DNA of 64,000 bases from Candidatus Latescibacterota bacterium (lineage in GTDB: Bacteria > Latescibacterota > UBA2968). Positions within the stretch are counted from its first letter, which is position 1, and the number at the start of each line of letters is the position of its first letter. Shown in pieces: positions 19,713 to 28,260 of the stretch. Location of the stretch: contig OZ241986.1 in the NCBI GenBank assembly GCA_965204375.1, forward strand, positions 4,448,001 through 4,512,000, written 5' to 3'. The notes under the pieces are model-generated. The model made no database searches. It worked only from the letters and a program-made list of their open reading frames with translations, and had not been told where the DNA came from. The translations under genes were made by a program, and so were the position numbers.

Positions 19713-21107
19713 ATGGACTCTGTCATGTCAACATGTATTCGCATGATCATCGTGGTAGCAATAGCTACTGGTGTGATGGAGAGCACTGGATGGGCACAGG
19801 AGATTGAGCCGGCTGTGACTTCATTTGTGATAGGCGGCGTGACACTCCAGGAAGATGTGAAGAATCCCCCCGTGCCGAGTGGCATGCAGAGATTTGAAAT
19901 TACAATGAATAAACCAGTCGTAACTTTTAACGAATTGAGGGAACCTGAAACTTTGCCCTATTTCGATGGCGACAGCATTGCTATAGCAACTATCACTAAG
20001 TACTTTGATATTGACCGAGATTTTATTTCCTATCCTCCTGATCTGATTGTAGAAGTTCTAACTGCTCCTGACCTATCAGCCAGTGCGGATGGCTTTACAT
20101 TAACAGGGACTATCAATTTGCCTGACAGTATGAGCTACCAGGTACTTATTGGTGAGTCGGATCCAGACCCTATTGATGAACAGCAGCAATATTTCTTTGG
20201 GACTTCAGAACTGCCAGATGCTGTTATTTCCGGTGTAGGCACCTTACCTGATGGTTTTACAGTCAACACGCGGTCACACCCAGGCGGAGCCATAATTATT
20301 GACCCTGAACGATTTGTGACGGCTTTCCCATACTACCAAGAATGGGATGATCTGATCATATTATCTATGGTTCGCATTGCCGATTTCAATGAACAACAGA
20401 TGTTTGAGATAAAACATGTCCCTGATGGCGCTTATGCAATGATAATGGGAGCGGATCTGCTCGATTCAGTGGGAAATAGGTTTCAGTCACTTACTCCCAG
20501 AGGAATCAATCTTACGACAGGTGAGGTCGATTCTACCGAATTTGTTCATGTCATTGGTGGCAAAAGTGTAACAGATTTACAAATGATGTTACAGATAGTA
20601 CCGCGGGATCCAGAGCCACAGATTTCTGAAATTCTGGAGGTCAGGGTTCAAAGCGTCAATGCTGAAACAAAATCTTTTGTCATTCAACCTGGCAACCAAC
20701 AGATACAGATAGATGCTTCAGAGGCCCTGGCAGTTTCCCCAGACCAAATAAGTGCTGAGGAGATACTCAAGATCTTTTTGTTCAATTCTGATGATTTCGC
20801 ACGAATCATTTTTCCTATTACCGACCTGATGGTAGGAGATACCGTTTCTCTCCTGGGAACATACACTTCTAAAACGATGTTCCAGGCCTTTATAGTAATC
20901 CGCCATGAATCGCCTCTGGCACGGAATGGAGATATAGATGGGGACGGAGATGTCGATTTCTCTGATTTTATACTTTTTACTTCTGCCTTCGGCACAATTG
21001 AAGGGGGAATAGGATACAATCCCGCAGCAGATTTGGACGGGGATGGTGCGGTCGTCTTCTCAGACTTTCTGATATTTGCCAGTGCCTTTGGCAAGCCCGT
21101 GGGTTAG
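19713..21107 (+). CDS. Secreted protein with a C-terminal dockerin/EF-hand-like double repeat
   Basis: Signal peptide; GDIDGDGDVDFSDFILFTSAFG...ADLDGDGAVVFSDFLIFASAFGK. Confidence 0.8.
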   Translation: MDSVMSTCIRMIIVVAIATGVMESTGWAQEIEPAVTSFVIGGVTLQEDVKNPPVPSGMQRFEITMNKPVVTFNELREPETLPYFDGDSIAIATITKYFDIDRDFISYPPDLIVEVLTAPDLSASADGFTLTGTINLPDSMSYQVLIGESDPDPIDEQQQYFFGTSELPDAVISGVGTLPDGFTVNTRSHPGGAIIIDPERFVTAFPYYQEWDDLIILSMVRIADFNEQQMFEIKHVPDGAYAMIMGADLLDSVGNRFQSLTPRGINLTTGEVDSTEFVHVIGGKSVTDLQMMLQIVPRDPEPQISEILEVRVQSVNAETKSFVIQPGNQQIQIDASEALAVSPDQISAEEILKIFLFNSDDFARIIFPITDLMVGDTVSLLGTYTSKTMFQAFIVIRHESPLARNGDIDGDGDVDFSDFILFTSAFGTIEGGIGYNPAADLDGDGAVVFSDFLIFASAFGKPVG

Positions 21108-21128
21108 GCGTATGGTATGACACACCAT

Positions 21129-21161
21129 AAACAGCCCAGAGGCTGCCCCCCGGGCTGTTTT
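21129..21161 (+). terminator. Intrinsic terminator
   Basis: AAACAGCCC..GGGCTGTTTT. Confidence 0.65.
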
Positions 21162-21171
21162 CTATTTCTCT

Positions 21172-21291
21172 AAAATGAAAAGATCGAGTCCTTTTTAGCT
21201 CGCTCTTTTTTTGCTAAAATGCTTCATTGTGCTACGCGGGGCATAATTTAATACGGCTCGTTGACACCCTTTTGAATTTGGGCTATATTGC
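21172..21291 (+). repeat. Terminator-palindrome-promoter module, copy 1
   Basis: Hairpin plus T-tract, ATTGTGC..GCATAAT core, TTGACA 21261 / TATATT 21284. Confidence 0.92.
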
Positions 21292-21336
21292 TTGAAATGA
21301 TCAAGATCACCTGAAAATCAGTTCTGGAGTTTAATA

Positions 21337-21717
21337 ATGGCAACATTTACTGTTGATGAATTGGTCAAAGCTGCTGAGAAATTGCCTCAAATAGATTTGG
21401 AAAATTTGACAGCGCAGGTACTTACTCTCAAGGCAAGACGCGCAGCACCAGAGTTGTCAAAAAATGAAGCCAAGTTGCTCCGGAATATCAACCGGGGAAT
21501 GCCCGATGCGTTACAGAATCGATATCGGGAACTCATCGCTGGCAGACGCGCAGAAACACTGACTGAATCCGAACATGCCGAATTGCTTCATCTGACAAAT
21601 CAGGTTGAAAAACATGATACAGAACGACTGAAATATCTTACCGAACTTGCACGTATTCGAAAAATTTCTCTGACCGACCTTTTGGATGAACTCGGCATTG
21701 AACCAGCCTATAAATAA
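21337..21717 (+). CDS. Putative antitoxin partner of the HNH nuclease
   Basis: EAKLLRNIN..RYREL..LTESEHAELL..RLKYLTELARIR pattern, 3 bp upstream of the HNH gene. Confidence 0.7.
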   Translation: MATFTVDELVKAAEKLPQIDLENLTAQVLTLKARRAAPELSKNEAKLLRNINRGMPDALQNRYRELIAGRRAETLTESEHAELLHLTNQVEKHDTERLKYLTELARIRKISLTDLLDELGIEPAYK

Positions 21718-21720
21718 ACT

Positions 21721-22149
21721 GTGAATGCAAGACTGAAACAAGCCGTTATTCATCGTGCTCAGGGATGTTGTGAATACTGTCAGAGCCAGGCTCGTTTTGC
21801 AACCCACCCATTCTCTATTGAGCATATTCATCCACTTAGCCAAGGTGGCGAAGATACGCTCAATAATTTGGCTCTGGCTTGCCAGGGATGTAACAACTAC
21901 AAATACACCAAAGTCGAGGCACTTGATCCCGTCAATGGTCAGCCTGTTCCACTCTTTCATCCAAGACAGCAATATTGGACAGATCATTTTAGATGGGCGG
22001 ATGGCTTCACTCACATTGTAGGAATTACGCCAACAGGTCGTGCAACTGTAGAGGCTTTACAACTAAACCGTAGAGGTCTTGTAAACTTGCGTCGAATCCT
22101 ATTTTCCGTAGGTGTACACCCTCCATCAAATTCTAACCGCAATGAATAA
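21721..22149 (+). CDS. HNH endonuclease (TA-type)
   Basis: RAQGCCEYC, IEHIHP..GG..NLALACQGCNNYK, LFHPR..W.DHF.W, TPTGRATV.ALQLN. Confidence 0.92.
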   Translation: MNARLKQAVIHRAQGCCEYCQSQARFATHPFSIEHIHPLSQGGEDTLNNLALACQGCNNYKYTKVEALDPVNGQPVPLFHPRQQYWTDHFRWADGFTHIVGITPTGRATVEALQLNRRGLVNLRRILFSVGVHPPSNSNRNE

Positions 22150-22206
22150 ATCTCCATAACTTCAAAGATCGGATTGGCAAACACAAAAAGCCCTCACATT
22201 TGAACT

Positions 22207-22325
22207 AAAATGAAAAAAGCGAGTCATTTCTGGCTCGCTCTTTTTGCTTAAAATGATTCATTGTGCTGCGCGGAGCATAATTCAAGACGGCTCGTTGACA
22301 CTCCTTTGGCTTTGGGCTATATTGC
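22207..22325 (+). repeat. Terminator-palindrome-promoter module, copy 2
   Basis: TTGACA 22295 / TATATT 22318. Confidence 0.92.
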
Positions 22326-22358
22326 AAAATAAGAAGTGTGAATTGGAGGATTTAAGTC

Positions 22359-22598
22359 ATGAATACTTATCGCAGGCGTCTTGTAGTCCAAGACCCCAAA
22401 CAGATTGTGCTTTCTGATGTTCCTTTTCAAACAGGTCAAGAAGTGGAAATTACCCTGCGTTCAATAGAGCAACCCACAGTAGAGCAGAAGAATGAGTTAC
22501 GCGCCCTGTTGAAGAAGACGCAATCACTTCCTCAGATTCAAACCATTACAGAAGAGGATATTTTTGCTGAGATTGAAGCCTATCGGAAAGGCCAATGA
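22359..22598 (+). CDS. Small antitoxin-like protein (duplicate of 9725-9967)
   Basis: Near-identical protein and upstream DNA. Confidence 0.65.
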   Translation: MNTYRRRLVVQDPKQIVLSDVPFQTGQEVEITLRSIEQPTVEQKNELRALLKKTQSLPQIQTITEEDIFAEIEAYRKGQ

Positions 22599-22987
22599 AA
22601 GTTGTCAGGGACGCTATGATGACACAGGAACAAAATGAGAAAGTCCAGACCATTGTCCGCGAGACCCTTGCGGAACGCTTCTCGTCGGACGAGTTCGTGT
22701 TCGACCCCATTGTGGTGGTACCGACTGTTGATGAATACGGTTCTGACGCCAGCGGCGAAACGTATCTTAGTATCATTATTGTCTTTGAGGGCGATCAGAA
22801 GCAACTCGACTCCAGTTGGACATCCAGCTTCATCAGACGCATTCGCCCGAAGCTGATTGAGGCAGGCATAGAAGAGTTCCCCAGTCCGTCATGGGTTGAG
22901 AAATTTGAGTGGTGGAGTCTGTATCCCAAATGGCGACAACAACACCCAGAGGTAACTATTGAAACCGCCCGTTACATTGGAGTCTAA
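22595..22987 (+). CDS. Hypothetical protein (duplicate of 24924-25295; likely start 22617)
   Basis: Near-identical paralogue, with mostly synonymous or conservative differences by eye. Confidence 0.7.
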   Translation: MKVVRDAMMTQEQNEKVQTIVRETLAERFSSDEFVFDPIVVVPTVDEYGSDASGETYLSIIIVFEGDQKQLDSSWTSSFIRRIRPKLIEAGIEEFPSPSWVEKFEWWSLYPKWRQQHPEVTIETARYIGV

Positions 22988-22992
22988 GCGAT

Positions 22993-23196
22993 ATGGACAA
23001 TGGAAATTATCGAGGCAGGATTGCGGTTGATCCCCAAATTCATTTTGGTAAGCCTTGTGTGGCAGGAACGCGGATTCCCGTAGTTGATGTTCTCGAATTG
23101 GTGCGTGAGGGAATTGCGTTTAAGACGATCCTCCCTGATTATTTTCCCAACCTTCAAGAAGACGACATTCGCGCTTGCATTCATTATGCGCTCTGA
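22993..23196 (+). pseudogene. DUF433 antitoxin, C-terminally truncated copy lacking the PIN partner
   Basis: IAVDPQIHFGKPCVAGTRIPV; similarity to 25301-25546 stops at 23190. Confidence 0.8.
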
Positions 23197-23225
23197 ACCT
23201 TGAAAACTGACTGAAACCTTGAACT

Positions 23226-23345
23226 AAATGAAAAGAGCGAGTCTTTTTTGACTCGCTCTTTTTTGCTTAAAATGCTTCGTTGTGCTGCGCGAGACATAAT
23301 GTTAATACAGTTCGTTGACACCCTTTGGGATTTGGGCTATATTGC
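23226..23345 (+). repeat. Terminator-palindrome-promoter module, copy 3
   Basis: Perfect stem GAGCGAGTC/GACTCGCTC; TTGACA 23315 / TATATT 23338. Confidence 0.92.
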
Positions 23346-23401
23346 ACAAAAGGTCACTATAATTATTCGAAATACGACCTTAGAGGAGAATAATCCAGAG
23401 A

Positions 23402-24358
23402 ATGAATACGCATAATTGGACATTTATTGATTTGTTTGCTGGCATTGGCGGGATGCGTATTCCGTTTGAAGACTTAGGTGGCACCTGTGTGTTTAGTTCT
23501 GAGTGGGACGAACCTGCTCAACAGACCTATTATCACAACTTTGGCGAAATGCCAGTGGGCGACATTACGCAAATTGAGGAAGATACGCTTCCGAAACACG
23601 ATATTTTATTGGCTGGGTTCCCTTGCCAACCGTTTAGTATTATCGGCAACAAACAGGGGTTTGAAGATACGCGAGGCACGTTGTTCTTTGATATAGAACG
23701 GATTTTAAGAGCAAAGCAACCACAGGCATTTCTTCTTGAAAATGTGAGGCAGTTGGTGAGCCACGATAGTGGAAGAACCTTTCGGGTGATATGCGAACAT
23801 CTTCAAGAACTGGGGTACACTATATACCATAAAATTTTGAACGCTCTCGATTTTGGAGTGCCTCAAAAGAGAGAACGGATTTTTATTGTCGGATTTCGGG
23901 AACCCATCGCATTCACTTTTCCGACCGGTAACGGGTATTATAAGCCCCTATCAGAGATTATCGAGCCAGATAGCGAAGTAGATCCAAGTTTGTTTGCATC
24001 GGAGAGAATCCGAAAATCGCGTTTTGAAAAATGCAAAATTGAGCCGTTTTATCCCTCTATCTGGCATGAGAATAAAGGTGGTAATATATCAGTATTGCCG
24101 TTTTCATGTGCTTTGCGAGCCGGGGCATCTTATAACTATCTTCTGGTCAATGGCATTCGTCGCCTTTCAGGGCGAGAACTCTTGCGGCTACAAGGTTTCC
24201 CCGAAGATTTTAAGATTGTCGTAAATATCACACAACTTCGGAAGCAGACCGGAAATAGTGTGGCAATTCCAGTAATTCGCGCTATTGCAGAGCAAATGCA
24301 GGAAGCCCTAATACAACGGAACCGCGCAGAACTTATTTTGGCGTCGCTATTCAAATAA
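23402..24358 (+). CDS. C5-cytosine DNA methyltransferase (probably M.HaeII-like)
   Basis: FIDLFAGIGG, GFPCQPFS, ENV, QKRERIFIVG, RLQGFP, GNSV motifs I-X. Confidence 0.95.
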   Translation: MNTHNWTFIDLFAGIGGMRIPFEDLGGTCVFSSEWDEPAQQTYYHNFGEMPVGDITQIEEDTLPKHDILLAGFPCQPFSIIGNKQGFEDTRGTLFFDIERILRAKQPQAFLLENVRQLVSHDSGRTFRVICEHLQELGYTIYHKILNALDFGVPQKRERIFIVGFREPIAFTFPTGNGYYKPLSEIIEPDSEVDPSLFASERIRKSRFEKCKIEPFYPSIWHENKGGNISVLPFSCALRAGASYNYLLVNGIRRLSGRELLRLQGFPEDFKIVVNITQLRKQTGNSVAIPVIRAIAEQMQEALIQRNRAELILASLFK

Positions 24359-24702
24359 AGCATTTATCCCTGACGCCCGAAATGGCAGACGATATCTCTA
24401 ATAACATTTCAGCCGATAGAATCATCATTGTTTGCAAAGCGTGCGAGAAAGACGTTCTAATTTCGGTATTGCGACAATTTGGTGGTGCGAACAGAATTCA
24501 AAGCGTAATAACAGAAGATGAGCTTGATGTATGGTACGAAAAAGCCTTACAGGGAAAATCGGCAATACTAATAGGCGACAAAGTCCTGCAAAGATTGGAG
24601 AACGAAATCACTGTTGAATTTCCTTCCACGGTCGAGTTTGATAAATTTTTCAAGTCGCGGAGCTACCATCAGTTGCCAATTCGCGATATCTGGCGCGATT
24701 GA
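24337..24702 (+). pseudogene. C-terminal remnant of a HaeII-family restriction endonuclease
   Basis: In-frame FGVAIQIKHLSLTPEMADDISNNISADRIIIVCK...IQSVITEDEL..WYEKAL.GK...EFPS recalls the RE_HaeII C-terminus; N-terminus missing, remnant begins inside the last MTase codons. Confidence 0.7.
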
Positions 24703-24756
24703 ACCTTTGTTGCCAGACCATTTCGCGACCGTCCTATGTGACCTCGGGAATCACTG

Positions 24757-24874
24757 AAATGAAAAGAGCGAGTCCTTTTTGGCTCGCTCTTTTTTATTGA
24801 AATACTTCATTGTGCTGCGCGGGGCATAATTTAATACGGCTCGTTGACACCCTTTTCGATTTGGGCTATATTGC
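24757..24874 (+). repeat. Terminator-palindrome-promoter module, copy 4
   Basis: TTGACA 24844 / TATATT 24867. Confidence 0.92.
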
Positions 24875-24923
24875 ACAAAATATCATCCGCAGAAGAAGGA
24901 TCCTATACATTGACGGAGACGCT

Positions 24924-25295
24924 ATGATGACACAGGAACAAAATGAGAAGATCCAGACCATTGTCCGCGAGACTATTGAGGAACGTTTCTCGTCGGATGA
25001 GTTCGTGTTCGACCCCATTGTGGTGGTACCGACTGTTGATGAATACGGTTCTGACGCCAGCGGTGAAACGTATCTTAGCATCATTATTGTCTTTGAGGGC
25101 GATCAGAAGCAACTCGACTCCAGTTGGACATCCAGCTTCATCAGACGCATTCGCCCGAAGCTGATTGAGGCAGGCATAGAAGAGTTCCCCAGTCCGTCAT
25201 GGGTCGAAAAATCTGAGTGGTGGAGTCTGTATCCCAAATGGCGGCACCAACACCCAGAGGTAAACATTGAAACTACTCGTTACATTGGAGCTTAA
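24924..25295 (+). CDS. Hypothetical protein (paralogue of 22595-22987)
   Basis: GGAG RBS before ATG 24924; the ORF extension to 24810 merely reads through the repeat. Confidence 0.7.
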   Translation: MMTQEQNEKIQTIVRETIEERFSSDEFVFDPIVVVPTVDEYGSDASGETYLSIIIVFEGDQKQLDSSWTSSFIRRIRPKLIEAGIEEFPSPSWVEKSEWWSLYPKWRHQHPEVNIETTRYIGA

Positions 25296-25300
25296 GCGAT

Positions 25301-25546
25301 ATGGAAAATGGAAATTATCGAGGTAGAATTGCGGTTGATCCCCAGATTCATTTTGGTAAGCCTTGTGTTGCAGGAACCCGAATCCCCGTCGTTGATGTTC
25401 TCGAATTGGTGCGTGAGGGAATCTCGTTTAAGACGATCCTCTCTGATTATTTTCCCGACCTTCAAGAAGACGACATTCGCGCTTGCATTCATTATGCGAT
25501 TAACTTAGTGCAGGTCGAAGATATTCATATTTCAGAGGCGAGATGA
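25301..25546 (+). CDS. DUF433 antitoxin
   Basis: DPQIHFGKPCVAGTRIPV, YFPDL.EDDIRACI.YA. Confidence 0.9.
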   Translation: MENGNYRGRIAVDPQIHFGKPCVAGTRIPVVDVLELVREGISFKTILSDYFPDLQEDDIRACIHYAINLVQVEDIHISEAR

Positions 25547-25911
25547 GGTTATTTCTCGATCACGATGTCTATGCAATTACAACGCAATTTCTCAAAGATC
25601 TTGGGCATGATGTAGTGACTGCGAGTGAATCGGGACATGCACAAACTGACGATAGTGAGTTGTTGCGTATTGCGCGTAATGATGACAGGCTTCTGGTAAC
25701 CCGAGATCGAGATTTTGGTCGTCTTGTGTTTGTTTTCCGCGCAGGTTCAGGTGTCATATATCTACGGCTTAATCCCACAAATCTATCTGTGGTTCACGAG
25801 GAATTGAAACGCGTTTTAGAAACGTACTCTGAATCAGAACTCAAAGAAGCATTTGTCGTGGTCGAGACAGGACGACATCGTTTTCGCAATGTTGCTGGAT
25901 TTGGGGATTGA
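25543..25911 (+). CDS. DUF5615/Mut7-C-type PIN toxin
   Basis: MRLFLDHDV, LGHDV, DDSELL..A...RLLVTRDRDFG; ATGA overlap with DUF433. Confidence 0.9.
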   Translation: MRLFLDHDVYAITTQFLKDLGHDVVTASESGHAQTDDSELLRIARNDDRLLVTRDRDFGRLVFVFRAGSGVIYLRLNPTNLSVVHEELKRVLETYSESELKEAFVVVETGRHRFRNVAGFGD

Positions 25912-25951
25912 CTGAAATTGTCCCGTTACGCGATATGTCGGAAGAAATTCA

Positions 25952-25977
25952 AAAGCCCCCACATTATGCGGGGGCTT
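25952..25977. terminator. Hairpin terminator between convergent genes
   Basis: AAGCCCCC-ACATTATGC-GGGGGCTT. Confidence 0.6.
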
Positions 25978-26006
25978 GTAGATTACTGCATCATATCCTT
26001 TAGCAA

Positions 26007-26507
26007 CTACTGAGCCTTTATTGGCAATATAAGTTGCATCCTGAATGTGGTGCTTTTGTCTTCAACGCTAAGATCAGTGCGAATTTTGGGATTGTCTTTA
26101 TTTCTGATTGATATATTGCAAGGGGTTGAAAATATCACCTGTCGGTGGGCTTGTTGGTTGATCTCAACGAGACCGGGAAAAATATTAATCACTGCGCGTT
26201 GATTAATCTCGCGAACACGGTCAAAGGAACCATACTCGCTTATGACGCCCTCAGCCAGGCCACCCACTCGCCTACAGGTCTCGACAGCGGATTTCACAGA
26301 GGAATATTGCTGATTAACAGTAAATTTGACAAACTTTTGATCATTTTCAAACCTTGCAAGAGCGTCCAAACCCCACAACTTCCCTTTATAGCTCCCCTTA
26401 TCTGGTCCCACTTCTACTTTTTTCCATGTTTCTTCTGCTCGGATGGATGACGTATGCAAAGTCACCCAAAAGAAACATAGTGTTGCTAAAATCACACTGG
26501 CCCTCAT
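26007..26507 (-). CDS. Secreted hypothetical protein
   Basis: MRASVILATLCFFWV..SIRA signal peptide after GAGG RBS; the longer ORF overlaps nadE. Confidence 0.65.
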   Translation of the reverse strand: MRASVILATLCFFWVTLHTSSIRAEETWKKVEVGPDKGSYKGKLWGLDALARFENDQKFVKFTVNQQYSSVKSAVETCRRVGGLAEGVISEYGSFDRVREINQRAVINIFPGLVEINQQAHRQVIFSTPCNISIRNKDNPKIRTDLSVEDKSTTFRMQLILPIKAQ

Positions 26508-26520
26508 AGCATCCTCGCAC

Positions 26521-28248
26521 CTAATATTCCCTGCACCGATTCGTAATCGGCAAGCGCCTATCGCGACCGAAAGCGCGGGGCGTAATCTTGATACCCGGAG
26601 GTGCCTGACGGCGTTTGTACTCGTTGATATCCACCGTGCGGATAACCCGGGTAACGAGTTCCTCGTCATAGCCCAGCGCGATAATATCTTGCAAACTGGC
26701 ATCGTCCTCCACATACGCTTTGAGAATGGGATCCAGCACCGGATAAGGAGGCAAACTATCCGTATCTTTCTGGTCATCGCGCAACTCAGCCGTGGGCGGT
26801 CGCTCAATAATCGAAACGGGAATAACGGGATGATCCGACAGACCATTGCGATAATGCGCCAGATCATAAACAACCGTCTTGTAAATATCCTTAATAACCG
26901 CAAACCCACCCGCCATATCGCCGTAAAGCGTGGCATAACCCATACTCAGTTCGCTTTTATTCCCCGGCGCCAGCACGAGCGCACGGAACTTATTGGCAAG
27001 CGCCATCAGCAAAGTACCCCGAATGCGCGGCTGGATATTCTCCTCCGCAGTATCAGAAGGCAAATCGCCAAACTCATCCGCAAGAAGACCGAGATACTGG
27101 TCGAACAACTTTTGAATCGGCAACGTCAGAATGCGAATATCGAGATTACCCGCCATCTGCAGGGCATCGTTAAACGTGCCCTCTGAAGAGAACTGGGTAG
27201 GCATCGTCACACACACCACATTCTCTCTCCCCAGCGCATCATAGGCAACAGCCGTGACAAGTGCCGAGTCAATCCCACCAGACAACCCGATAAAAACCTT
27301 CTCAAACCCATTCTTCACAACATAATCGCGCGTACCCAGAACAAGCGCATCGTAAATATTCTCGAGACGCTCATCTGGACGCGGAAAATCGGGGCTCTCA
27401 GACGGAGAAAGACAGACAGCTTTGGGTTTCAGATCGGGCAAATCAATGGCAGTCGGAGCAGAAACATCGCGCTTCTCCTTGCGCCGACGCGAATCGTGCA
27501 GGCGATTGCGAAAAACAGCCTCAACATCAACATCCGCCACCAGCAAATCTTCCTCAAACCGGGGTGCCCGCGCAACAACGCGCCCTTCCTGATCAACGAT
27601 CAAGCTGCCTCCATCAAAAATCAACTCATCCTGCCCGCCGACGAGATTGCAAAAAGCCAGAACAGCACTATTATCAGTCGCGCGCGTAGCAATCATCTGC
27701 TCGCGCAACAACTCTTTGCCATCGTGGAAAGGAGAGGAAGAAATATTGATCAGCACCTCGGCATCGCCGGCAAGTGCTTGCTCCCGGGCGGGACCGCCGG
27801 GATACCAGATATCTTCGCAGATTGTAACCCCAAAAGTGATACCATTGAGGCGATACACCCCCGCGGTCTTCCCAGATTGGAAATAGCGGTCTTCGTCAAA
27901 GACGCCGTAATTGGGCAAATAGGTCTTGTGATAAACATCGATCAAGCGCCCATCGCAAGCAACAGCTGCGGCATTGTAGATATCGTCGTGACGATCCACA
28001 AAACCGAAAATCGCAGCAATACCCTGCGTCGCCCGAACGAGTTCATTCAACACATCGAGGTTGGATTGGATAAACCGGGGCTTAAAAAGCAAATCCTCGG
28101 GCGGATAGCCCGGAATCGCGAGTTCGGGAAAAACGACAACATGCGCCCCCAAATCGCGTGCACTGTGAACATGGTCGAGAATTTTATCACGGTTGCCCGC
28201 AAGATCACCGACGGTAACATTGATTTGCGATAGGGCAAGGCGAATCAC
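26521..28248 (-). CDS. nadE: Glutamine-dependent NAD+ synthetase
   Basis: Nitrilase domain (FPEL..GYPPEDL, ICEDIW) plus GLSGGIDS, ENIQPRIRG, NKSE..GYATLYGD, EYKRRQAPPG. Confidence 0.97.
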   Translation of the reverse strand: MIRLALSQINVTVGDLAGNRDKILDHVHSARDLGAHVVVFPELAIPGYPPEDLLFKPRFIQSNLDVLNELVRATQGIAAIFGFVDRHDDIYNAAAVACDGRLIDVYHKTYLPNYGVFDEDRYFQSGKTAGVYRLNGITFGVTICEDIWYPGGPAREQALAGDAEVLINISSSPFHDGKELLREQMIATRATDNSAVLAFCNLVGGQDELIFDGGSLIVDQEGRVVARAPRFEEDLLVADVDVEAVFRNRLHDSRRRKEKRDVSAPTAIDLPDLKPKAVCLSPSESPDFPRPDERLENIYDALVLGTRDYVVKNGFEKVFIGLSGGIDSALVTAVAYDALGRENVVCVTMPTQFSSEGTFNDALQMAGNLDIRILTLPIQKLFDQYLGLLADEFGDLPSDTAEENIQPRIRGTLLMALANKFRALVLAPGNKSELSMGYATLYGDMAGGFAVIKDIYKTVVYDLAHYRNGLSDHPVIPVSIIERPPTAELRDDQKDTDSLPPYPVLDPILKAYVEDDASLQDIIALGYDEELVTRVIRTVDINEYKRRQAPPGIKITPRAFGRDRRLPITNRCREY

Positions 28249-28260
28249 GTGTCCGGTCCT

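Noticed and set aside
21172-24874. CRISPR array or classical integron attC array
   Set aside because: Repeats are ~120 bp and separated by kb-scale genes; no cas genes, no RYYYAAC/GTTRRRY boxes and no intI seen
24810-24923. N-terminal extension of the 24924 gene
   Set aside because: Reads through the promoter module; the paralogue lacks it
26508-26936. N-terminal extension of the 26007 ORF
   Set aside because: Overlaps nadE in another frame; the signal peptide and RBS point to a start at 26507
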